Source: Patescibacteria group bacterium
Lineage (GTDB): Bacteria > Patescibacteriota > UBA1384 > UBA12157 > JAENIV01
Direction: 5' to 3'
NCBI GenBank assembly: GCA_035288145.1
Contig: DATEAX010000028.1
Span: 1-52,593, forward strand
Length of the DNA: 52,593 nt
In this document: piece after piece, positions 8,158 through 15,698 of the stretch
Layout of the letters: every line of letters starts with the position of its first letter
Numbering within the stretch: position 1 is the first letter of the stretch
The notes under the pieces: generated by a model
Databases searched by the model: none
Told to the model about the DNA's origin: nothing
Seen by the model: the letters and a program-made list of their open reading frames with translations, nothing else
Translations under genes and position numbers: made by a program

Positions 8158-9284
8158 CAGTCTATCATATGTCCATACAAAGACATCAATCCGCCGCCAT
8201 GGTCAATAACAACCGCATTGCCATAGCCGCCGTAATACTGCCGAAGAACAATGTCGCCGGCGGCGGCGGCCCGAATAGGAGCACCATATCCATCATTCGA
8301 TGCCAAATCAATCCCGTTATGAAAAGAATAATAGGCGGTCCAGCTGGCCGGTCCAAATTCTTGGGTAATCCGAAAATTCACTAAAGGCCAGATGAAAATA
8401 CTTCCGATATAATCCCGTGGATTAACCGCACTGCCGTTTTTGTAAACCGTAAAATGAACATGCGGACCAGTGGAAAAACCGGTGCTGCCCTCATAACCGA
8501 TTATATCGCCTTGATTGACGCGGCCGTAGGTGACGCGATTGCCCCCTCCCTGCAAAGCGGCAATTTGGGCGCTTAATTTTTCCAAAGAAGCTCTGGCTTC
8601 GGCAACTTTCTGTTCAAAGGCCTTTTGAGCATCAACTGTTGACCTTAAAAGAATGTCTTTTTGGCTCTTTTGGGAATCCAGCCCCCGTTTCTGGGCCTGC
8701 TGCTGGCTTTTTAAATCCGAGAGTTGCTGTTTTTGTTTTTCCAGCTCATTGCGCTTGTTTTCCAGCTGGGCCTTAAGCTCTAAAATTGTTTTAATTGTCG
8801 TCTCAATTTGGTATTCCAGGGCCTCAATATACTGGGCCCGGTCAATCACTTCGGAAAGAGAATTTGAGCCAACAACTATTTCCACGGTTGACTGCTGGGG
8901 CGTTTCATACATCACCCGCATTGCCTCGAAAAGGTTTTCCTTTTGAATTGCCAGTTCTTTTTCTTTTTCGGCAATTTGGGCTTCGGTAGCATCAATTTCC
9001 TGCTGGGTCTGTTCAATCTTGAAATTGGTCTCGGCAATTTGGGCTTCAATTTGCGAAATGCCGGCATCAATGACCGCTATTTCGCTCTTCAGGTTTTGAG
9101 CTTCTTTCATTTTCTCGTCAGCGGCTTTTTTGGCCGCATTAAGCTCCTGACTCTTTCTAAGTTGTTCGGTTCTTAAAGAATCGATATTTTCCGCAAAAAC
9201 TGTCGTTGCCACCAAAGTAATCGCCAGAAAGATGACCGCCGGAAGTACTAAGCATCGAAGGAAAATTTTGAATTTTTTGCTCAT
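8157..9284 (-). CDS. coiled-coil M23 metallopeptidase (EnvC-like partner of FtsEX)
   Basis: signal/TM, long Q/E/K coiled coil, GYEGSTGFSTGPHVHFTV, GNAVVIDHGGGLMSLYGH; adjacent to ftsX/ftsE. Confidence 0.85.
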   Translation of the reverse strand: MSKKFKIFLRCLVLPAVIFLAITLVATTVFAENIDSLRTEQLRKSQELNAAKKAADEKMKEAQNLKSEIAVIDAGISQIEAQIAETNFKIEQTQQEIDATEAQIAEKEKELAIQKENLFEAMRVMYETPQQSTVEIVVGSNSLSEVIDRAQYIEALEYQIETTIKTILELKAQLENKRNELEKQKQQLSDLKSQQQAQKRGLDSQKSQKDILLRSTVDAQKAFEQKVAEARASLEKLSAQIAALQGGGNRVTYGRVNQGDIIGYEGSTGFSTGPHVHFTVYKNGSAVNPRDYIGSIFIWPLVNFRITQEFGPASWTAYYSFHNGIDLASNDGYGAPIRAAAAGDIVLRQYYGGYGNAVVIDHGGGLMSLYGHMID

Positions 9285-9287
9285 TTT

Positions 9288-10205
9288 TTATACTTTAAGA
9301 TATTTGCGAATAGAAAACATCGAACAGCCAACGCCAATAATGATGCCGACTAAAAACTGAAGCAGGAAAATCCAGGCAAGGTGGCTGGCAAAAAAAGTTT
9401 TCATATTTTCTGTCACCGTTTGCCCCAAATACTGATTAGTCAGCGGGCTTAAAATCGCAAAAACTCCGATGTACATTAAAGCCAAAGCCAAAATACAGGC
9501 AAGTAACCCGTAAAGCGTCCCTTCAACAATAAAAGGCACCCTGATAAACCGGTCTGACGCCCCGACTAAACGCATAATTTCGACCTCATTTTTGCGGGTA
9601 AAAATTGCCAAACGAATGGTATTTAAGATTACCAGAATTGAGACAATGATAAAAATAATCGAAAAAAGCCAGCCCATTTTCTTGATAAAACTGGTAATCG
9701 CCAAGAGTTTATCAATAATAACTTTGTTTTCTTCGTAGGAAATTTTATGAACGATCGGCTGAAAATCGTCCGAGGCAACATAATCGGCGATGTTGTTTAA
9801 ATTTTCCGGGTCGGTTGCCTTTATTGCTAACGACCGCGGCAGAGGATTTTCGCTTGAGGTCACCAGTTCTCGGATGCGCTGATTTTTTTGTCTCTCCTGC
9901 CAAATCTGGAGGGCCTCTTCCTTGGAAATATACTGAACTTCTTTGACATCGGCGCGTGTTGCCAATTTTTCTTGGAGGTCGCTGATTTCTTCGGTGGTGG
10001 CGGAATCCTTAAAATAAACCGTGATATCCATTTTTGCTTTAATCCGGTCGGTGGTTTTGTTAATCACAATTGTCATCACCACAAACATTGAAATAATCAG
10101 CAGGGTTAAAGTCATCACCAAGGTTGAGGCGAGCGACAGCCAGCGATTTCGCCAGAAATTGGTTAAACCCAAATTGGTAATTCTTGAAACTGAAATCCAA
10201 TTCAC
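9288..10205 (-). CDS. ftsX: cell division permease FtsX
   Basis: TM1, extracytoplasmic domain, three C-terminal TM helices, MRLVGASDRFIRVPF; downstream of ftsE. Confidence 0.85.
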   Translation of the reverse strand: MNWISVSRITNLGLTNFWRNRWLSLASTLVMTLTLLIISMFVVMTIVINKTTDRIKAKMDITVYFKDSATTEEISDLQEKLATRADVKEVQYISKEEALQIWQERQKNQRIRELVTSSENPLPRSLAIKATDPENLNNIADYVASDDFQPIVHKISYEENKVIIDKLLAITSFIKKMGWLFSIIFIIVSILVILNTIRLAIFTRKNEVEIMRLVGASDRFIRVPFIVEGTLYGLLACILALALMYIGVFAILSPLTNQYLGQTVTENMKTFFASHLAWIFLLQFLVGIIIGVGCSMFSIRKYLKV

Positions 10206-10222
10206 GTTGCGCTTCGCTTTCT

Positions 10223-10294
10223 ATACGAAATTACGAATTATATTACAAAAATACGAATCCTTTTTGTATTTTAGTATCGTTTCGTATTTCGTAT
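10223..10294. repeat. intercistronic AT-rich hairpin between ftsE and ftsX built from TACGAA units
   Basis: ATACGAAATTACGAA 10223-10237 vs TTCGTATTTCGTAT 10281-10294; inner stem TACAAAAA 10244-10251 / TTTTTGTA 10261-10268. Confidence 0.65.
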
Positions 10295-10299
10295 CAACA

Positions 10300-10980
10300 T
10301 TATATAACATAGCCGCCTTTCATCTGGTCTGAAACCAGCTTGCCGTTCTTTAAAAGTATCACCCGGCGCTTTAAGCGGTCAACAATCGCTTTGTTGTGGG
10401 TGGCTAAAATAACAATCGTCCCGCGGCAATTAATTCGGTCCAATAACTCAATAATTTCCCAGGCATTGACTGGATCCAGATTGCCCGTGGGTTCGTCGGC
10501 AATTAAAATTTTTGGGCTGTGGACGAGCGCCCGGGCAATGCTTACCCGCTGTTTCTCACCCCCTGAAAGTTCATCGGGCAAGTTATCTTTTCTCTTGAGC
10601 ATCCCCACCAGGTCAAGGATACGGGGAACTTTATCTCGGATTTCTTCAGGCAGGGCCTCGCAAACTTCCAGGGCAAAGGCGACGTTTTCGTAGACGGTTT
10701 TTTGGGGTAGAAGCTTAAAGTCCTGAAAGACAACGCCGACTTTCCGCCGAAAATAGGGGAGCTCCGAAGATTTAAGTTGGACGATATTTCGATTGGCAAC
10801 CAGAATTTTTCCCGAAGAGGGCTTTTCTTCACAAATTAAGAGTTTTACCAAAGTTGATTTACCGGCCCCGGACGGCCCGACAATCGAAACAAATTCTCCT
10901 TTTTCAATCCGGAGACTTATCTCACACAACGCCATAATTTTCTCGTTGTAGGCCTTGGTCACCTTGACGAGTTCAATCAA
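10300..10980 (-). CDS. ftsE: cell division ATP-binding protein FtsE
   Basis: GPSGAGKST, LSGGEKQRVSIARAL, ILIADEPTGNLD; TTG start with AAAGGAG 6 nt upstream. Confidence 0.92.
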   Translation of the reverse strand: MIELVKVTKAYNEKIMALCEISLRIEKGEFVSIVGPSGAGKSTLVKLLICEEKPSSGKILVANRNIVQLKSSELPYFRRKVGVVFQDFKLLPQKTVYENVAFALEVCEALPEEIRDKVPRILDLVGMLKRKDNLPDELSGGEKQRVSIARALVHSPKILIADEPTGNLDPVNAWEIIELLDRINCRGTIVILATHNKAIVDRLKRRVILLKNGKLVSDQMKGGYVI

Positions 10981-11144
10981 AAAAACTCCTTTGACTCTAG
11001 TTTAGCAGAAATTTAGTTTTTTACAAAGCATCAGCACAAATCTTGCTTAAGGCGTGCCAGAAGCAATTCCGGACAAGTAAAGATATAGGATAGTGGGCAA
11101 AAGCCGTAGCCGTTGCACTTCACCGTTCCTTCTCTGATTTTAAC

Positions 11145-11189
11145 ATAAAAAAGGGCTCTCCTACTACTCCTTGCGGAGTTTCGGAGAGC
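11145..11189 (-). terminator. intrinsic terminator of the 11269-11922 orphan
   Basis: minus strand GCTCTCC..(ACTCC-GCAA-GGAGT)..GGAGAGC followed by CCTTTTTT. Confidence 0.6.
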
Positions 11190-11268
11190 TATCTGAATCG
11201 ACAGCCCCTTCTGAGCAGAAGTGTCAAAGATTCAGAGAGACATAACACAGAGTCATAGTCTCCAAGAA

Positions 11269-11922
11269 TCAGCGAGAGACGACATGGCGGCCGTCGCTCC
11301 ACCTGCCCGGATACGTGACCGGATCGGCCCCGACGTCCCAGCCGCCACCCGAGGCGAGCCAGTAGCAGAAGACCGCCCAAGCAGTGCCTTCAATGTAGAA
11401 GATGTTGGCGCAACCATTAACCAGAAGGTCTCCTTCTTGGCCGCGCCCCTGCTTCTCCATCATCTGCCACATCCGGCCGAACGTCGTCTTAGCTTTCTTG
11501 CCAAGATTGGCCAAGATTGGCCCGTCCACTGAAGGCACGAGCAAGCAACGAATCCGTAGCGTCTCTGCGTTTTTTGCCGGCTCGATACCCGCGCTGTACA
11601 GTAAGGACTGGAGGTTAGGATGAATATAGCCAATGATCACATCGGCCGTCCCCCTGTCTTCCTGTGGTATCACCTTGAAGTAATCCTTGGGGGAGAATTC
11701 CCCGATAGCCGGCAGCTCTATGCTCTTCACAAACTTGAGCAGCCTAGGTGTCTGCGTGGCCGGCTTAGAGCCAACCGTCTTCGGCCATGGGTTCTCCTTG
11801 CGAAGGAATCGCTTGAAAGCATCAAGCCATTCCTTCCCTTTCTCCCCAAAGACTTTCTTAAGAAAGTCTTGCAATAGTCCGGGGAGCTCTCGGACTACTT
11901 CTCTGAGCATATCTTCCGACAT
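11269..11922 (-). CDS. G+C-rich orphan protein (217 aa), no recognisable family
   Basis: ATG with GCAAGGAGGAAGG RBS; own terminator; composition clearly richer in G+C than neighbours (line 11281-11340 has 43 G+C of 60). Confidence 0.6.
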   Translation of the reverse strand: MSEDMLREVVRELPGLLQDFLKKVFGEKGKEWLDAFKRFLRKENPWPKTVGSKPATQTPRLLKFVKSIELPAIGEFSPKDYFKVIPQEDRGTADVIIGYIHPNLQSLLYSAGIEPAKNAETLRIRCLLVPSVDGPILANLGKKAKTTFGRMWQMMEKQGRGQEGDLLVNGCANIFYIEGTAWAVFCYWLASGGGWDVGADPVTYPGRWSDGRHVVSR

Positions 11923-12068
11923 GGTCAGCCTTCCTCCTTGCGTTTGTGAGGTACGCCTCCTCCATTAGCTCCTTAGAGCTTAGCCGGTTAGAAACCCATC
12001 TATCTGGCATTTCCAACCACTTAGGCCCCAAGGAGTTTTTTGAAGGTATATAACCAAGGTTCTATGGT

Positions 12069-12148
12069 TCTATTATCCCTTATTTCCGCTCCAGCGTGAA
12101 TAAGGGATAGAACTTCATTATCTTACCATATCCCAACCAAAAAATCAA
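12069..12148 (-). repeat. dispersed module copy B: promoter-like TTGATT-17-TAAGAT plus REP-type hairpin
   Basis: aligns with 4424-4510; hairpin arms 12076-12084/12099-12107 around core CCGCTCCAGCGT 12086-12097; polX stop TGA lies inside the -35 hexamer. Confidence 0.75.
12120..12148 (-). promoter_or_regulatory. sigma-70-like promoter inside module B, reading toward the 11922 orphan
   Basis: minus strand TTGATT (12148-12143), 17-nt spacer, TAAGAT (12125-12120). Confidence 0.4.
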
Positions 12149-13863
12149 GACCTTTGGCTCCATTTTAAGAGCGAGTTCGCATTAAGGGTATTGATGATAT
12201 CCTCTTTTCCCAACCATCCCCGCCGCGCCACCGCCACCCCGAAGCGCATTAAATCGAAGTGATGGGCCTGGTGGGAATCGGTATTTACGGCAAATTTCAC
12301 GCCAAAAGTTTTCGCCTCTTTGCAAAGAGTGTCTTTAAGGTCTAAGCGATTGGGAAAGGCGGAAATTTCCAAAGCCGTTTGGTGTTTGGCCGCTGCCTTA
12401 AAGACCTTCTGCCAATCAACTTCGTATGGTTCGCGTTGGCCGATAATTCGCCCTGACGGATGACCGATGATATCCACATGGGGATGAGCAACCGCTTTCA
12501 AAAGTCGCTTGGTCATTATCTCCCTGTTTTGATAAAAGCTCGTATGGACTGAAGCGGTGACAATATCGAGCTTTTCCAGCATCCAATCCTTGATATCTAA
12601 ATCGCCGTTGGCTTTAATATTGACTTCAACCGAGGAAAGAATTTTCAACTTTGGGTGGGCTTTTTGAACAGTTTCGATTTCCTTCTGCCTTTTTTCTAAA
12701 GCTCTTTCATCCAAACCGTGAGCCACGCCCAGACCGACGGTGTGGTCGGAAATACAGATATATTGATACTCGAGTTTCTCGGCGATTCGCGCGATTTCCG
12801 AAATCGTCAAATAGCCGTCCGACCAGTTGGAATGGACATGGAGATCACCTTTGATATCTTCAAGCATGATAAGCGTCGGTAAGTTATTTTTTAAGGCGGC
12901 TTCAATTTCCCCTTGATTTTCCCGGAGTTCGGGCGGAATCCAAGCCATTTTTAAAAAACCATAAAAATCTTTTTCCAAGGAAAATTTATATTTTTTTTTG
13001 CCGACATTGGCCCCATGCTCGGATAAACTTTTGTTGATGCTTTGGGCATAAGTTCTTAAAGCGACATTGTGCTCTTTGGAGCCGGTGAAGTGCTGAAGCA
13101 AAGAACCGTATTCCTCTTCTGGAACAATTTCCAAATCAATTTGGGCGCCTCGAGAGTGAATGATGGTTGATTTGGCCGAACCCTTTGCAAGAACTTCTTT
13201 GACGGCCGTCAGCTTAGTAAAGTGGTCAATCACCTTTTCCGATGTAGGCGAAGTGGCGACGATATCGACATCGCCGACGGTCTCTCTCATCCGACGAAGC
13301 GACCCGACGAAATCCACTTTGCCGACTTCGGGAATTTTTTTGAGTTCTGAAACAATTTCTTCGGCAATCGGCAGGGCTTCCGTTAGGAGCATTCTGCCGG
13401 TCATTCTTTTAAGGATTTCAATTCCTCGCAGGATATTGGCCGCGGTTTTTTCTTTAAAAATTTTTTTTGCCTTGCCTTTTTTAATCTTTTGAGCTAAATC
13501 TTCAATGTCCCGGGCCTTAAGTTCGTGAGCAATTATTTGAGCTGTTTTCGGACCAATGCCGGGGATTTGTAAAAATTCGACTTCGGAGACCGGAACATCT
13601 TTTTTGATTTCGTCGAAATATTGAAGCTTGCCGGTTTTTAAGAGTTCTTCAATTTTCTCGGCAATTGACTCGCCCACGCCGGGAATATCGTTAAGGGCTT
13701 TAAGACCGCCTTTTTTATAAACATCAATCATCTCGTCGGCATAATTTTCGATGGTCTCGGACGCCCGCTCGTAAGCAATAATCCGAAATCTATCCCGTTC
13801 GTCTCCGAGTTCTAAAATTTTGGCGATTTGAAAAAGAATTTTTCCGATTTCTTTATTGGTCAT
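12145..13863 (-). CDS. polX: family X DNA polymerase with C-terminal PHP domain (PolX)
   Basis: HhH motifs GVGESIAEKI / GIGPKTA, GSLRRMRETVGDVDIV, PHP motif GDLHVHSNWSDG; ATG at 13863 (TTG 13869 in track). Confidence 0.9.
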   Translation of the reverse strand: MTNKEIGKILFQIAKILELGDERDRFRIIAYERASETIENYADEMIDVYKKGGLKALNDIPGVGESIAEKIEELLKTGKLQYFDEIKKDVPVSEVEFLQIPGIGPKTAQIIAHELKARDIEDLAQKIKKGKAKKIFKEKTAANILRGIEILKRMTGRMLLTEALPIAEEIVSELKKIPEVGKVDFVGSLRRMRETVGDVDIVATSPTSEKVIDHFTKLTAVKEVLAKGSAKSTIIHSRGAQIDLEIVPEEEYGSLLQHFTGSKEHNVALRTYAQSINKSLSEHGANVGKKKYKFSLEKDFYGFLKMAWIPPELRENQGEIEAALKNNLPTLIMLEDIKGDLHVHSNWSDGYLTISEIARIAEKLEYQYICISDHTVGLGVAHGLDERALEKRQKEIETVQKAHPKLKILSSVEVNIKANGDLDIKDWMLEKLDIVTASVHTSFYQNREIMTKRLLKAVAHPHVDIIGHPSGRIIGQREPYEVDWQKVFKAAAKHQTALEISAFPNRLDLKDTLCKEAKTFGVKFAVNTDSHQAHHFDLMRFGVAVARRGWLGKEDIINTLNANSLLKWSQRS

Positions 13864-13883
13864 GATCAAAATTAACCAATTTT

Positions 13884-13940
13884 TGAATTTTGAATTATGA
13901 ATTATTTTGTATTTAAATTCTTAATTCTTCATTCATAATT
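13884..13940. repeat. intercistronic AT-rich hairpin built from TGAATT(T/A) heptamers
   Basis: tgaattt/tgaatta/tgaatta 13884-13904 vs aattctt/aattctt/cattcat 13916-13936. Confidence 0.55.
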
Positions 13941-14489
13941 TTATAATTCTTTATACATTTTAATCGCGTCGGCATATTTTCCCTTACGGTAAAAACCTTT
14001 TGGCAAACGGGCGTATTCCTGAAAACCCAGTTTCCGATAAAGCTCAATCGCGATTGTATTTGTGCCAAACAAATCCAAAATAACAATTTTGATCGCCATT
14101 GCTTTTGCCTGATTTAAGATAAACCCCAAAAGGCGTTTGCCAATGCCGTCACTTCGAAAATCCCGATCAACCATCAAACTTAATGTGCCCACGTGGTCAT
14201 CGCGGGGACCGCCGCGAGCAACGCCGGCGCTGGCGATAATTTTACCTTGATAGGTTGCCCAAATATAAAATCCCCGCTTTTTCTCAATGCTGTCTAAAGC
14301 CGTCTTTATCCAATGTGTCTCCTCAAGAATTGTTTTGGGCCTTCCCGTGAAATTCAAAAAGGTGTCCTCTTCGGTCAGGCGATTAACAAATACTAAAAGA
14401 GCTGTTACCCTCTCCGTTGTGGGTAAATAGATTTCAACCTCTTTGCCGCTTTTGGTTTTGAATTTTTCGAGGGGTTTTTGGTTGAGCAT
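13941..14489 (-). CDS. GNAT family N-acetyltransferase
   Basis: LMVDRDFRSDGIGKRLL acetyl-CoA motif, ELYRKLGF; ATG 14489 (TTG 14504 in track). Confidence 0.8.
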   Translation of the reverse strand: MLNQKPLEKFKTKSGKEVEIYLPTTERVTALLVFVNRLTEEDTFLNFTGRPKTILEETHWIKTALDSIEKKRGFYIWATYQGKIIASAGVARGGPRDDHVGTLSLMVDRDFRSDGIGKRLLGFILNQAKAMAIKIVILDLFGTNTIAIELYRKLGFQEYARLPKGFYRKGKYADAIKMYKEL

Positions 14490-14567
14490 ATTTGATTTTA
14501 TCAAATTTTAATTTGCCAAACTTGCCTGTTTGGTTCTTGGCAAAATTAAAGTATGCTTTCTTCACGG

Positions 14568-14735
14568 TTATTTTTTAGCCGGTCTTTTGGGAATTCTGTG
14601 TCCCGCGGCGCGAGCTTTGGAAATGGTAATCGCTCTCTCTTGCTGTTCGGCGGCTTTCTTGGTCGGATGCGTTCCCAAAACCCGACCGCTTTCCTTCGAA
14701 AGCAAGACCCACTTTTTGCCGCGTTTTCTAATCAT
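14568..14735 (-). CDS. small basic protein (55 aa) missed by the >=60-aa ORF track
   Basis: own translation: MIRKRGKKWVLLSKESGRVLGTHPTKKAAEQQERAITISKARAAGHRIPKRPAKK; fills an otherwise empty 250-nt gap in the minus-strand array; GAAAGGA 6 nt upstream. Confidence 0.5.
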   Translation of the reverse strand: MIRKRGKKWVLLSKESGRVLGTHPTKKAAEQQERAITISKARAAGHRIPKRPAKK

Positions 14736-14755
14736 ATAAAATCCTTTCTTTTATT

Positions 14756-15361
14756 TCACTCAAATTGGAAACTTGTTAAGATTTCATCAAACATCGGCGC
14801 ATATTGGGAATAGTCGGAAAAGCCAATCACCAATTCAAGGGTATAGAAACTATCGCCTTTCAGCGCCGTCACTTGGTCGGTAATTGTTTGATTGCCTGAA
14901 ACAGAATCGAGATATTGCCATCTTCTTTCCTGGGCAGGCAAACCTCCCAAAGTCGCATTCGTTGCCGCGATCTCTTCCGCGTTTCCAACTTCTTGAAACA
15001 AATTAGTCCTGACTGTGTTTAGATATTCGTCAAGCGTCTGACTTTGGGAATTTGGACTGCCGTAAGCGCGAATGGTAATCGCCGGTGAACTTGAAGTCAA
15101 AGTCACCCCGTCGCCGTTTTGCGATTCCTGCTTGGAGAAGGTTTGAGGATATTCTAAAGCAAAACCGTATCTCGAATTTTGATAGGGCACCCGCTGACTC
15201 GTCGCGGACGATTTCGTCTGTGTCGGTGTAGGACTCTGCGATGCGCCGATTTTATAGAGATAGAATAGAGAGAAGCCGCCGATAATCCCGGCGATTAACA
15301 AAACTCCCACGATTACGCCCACGATGATTAAGATTGTTTTCGAACTGTCGTTTTTTGTCAT
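14756..15361 (-). CDS. membrane-anchored extracytoplasmic protein (PsbP/DcrB-like fold possible)
   Basis: N-terminal TM, S/T/P linker, beta-rich domain; family not recognised with certainty. Confidence 0.55.
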   Translation of the reverse strand: MTKNDSSKTILIIVGVIVGVLLIAGIIGGFSLFYLYKIGASQSPTPTQTKSSATSQRVPYQNSRYGFALEYPQTFSKQESQNGDGVTLTSSSPAITIRAYGSPNSQSQTLDEYLNTVRTNLFQEVGNAEEIAATNATLGGLPAQERRWQYLDSVSGNQTITDQVTALKGDSFYTLELVIGFSDYSQYAPMFDEILTSFQFE

Positions 15362-15380
15362 TTTGTCCTCCTTATGTAGA

Positions 15381-15689
15381 TTATAAACTTTCTTTTAACC
15401 ATTCTTTAACACCACGTGAAATTTTACTTACTGGTATCAATTCCAAAACAAAAGTTTCGTAGCTATGGATTTTCCGAACCTCTTGTTCTACTTTATCAAA
15501 TTTTGATTCATCTGATTCCATTATAAGCATAATTTCTTTAGCATTCTTAATCGTGCTTTTCCAATAGAAAGTTGAGTCAACTGAAAACTTTTTGGCACAA
15601 ACAATTAATCTTTTCTCTAAAAGACATTTAATAATTTTATCCGCTTCTGACTCATTGGCACAGGTTAAAAGAAATATTGCCGGTTTCAT
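15381..15689 (-). CDS. cutA: divalent-cation tolerance protein CutA
   Basis: length 102 aa, pattern LLTCANESEA..LIVCAK..YWKS..E..LIMES..IHSYE. Confidence 0.75.
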   Translation of the reverse strand: MKPAIFLLTCANESEADKIIKCLLEKRLIVCAKKFSVDSTFYWKSTIKNAKEIMLIMESDESKFDKVEQEVRKIHSYETFVLELIPVSKISRGVKEWLKESL

Positions 15690-15698
15690 TTTATTTTT

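Noticed and set aside
11501-11520. Perfect 10-nt tandem duplication (ccaagattgg x2) inside the 217-aa orphan, considered as a frameshifting slippage or pseudogene signal
   Set aside because: The ORF is intact across it, and the downstream frame still looks protein-like (W/G-rich, not low-complexity). Removing one copy would lead into a junk-like frame. It is kept only as a note within the cassette finding.
1059-13940. Short tandem repeats in spacers considered as degenerate CRISPR arrays
   Set aside because: There are only 2-3 contiguous units of 6-14 nt with no spacers, the units differ at each locus, and no cas genes are present.
14530-14813. Two plus-strand track ORFs (69 and 86 aa) in the GNAT-downstream gap
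   Set aside because: Their Cys/Leu/Phe-rich translations run against the operon orientation. The gap is better explained by the 55-aa minus-strand ORF at 14568-14735.
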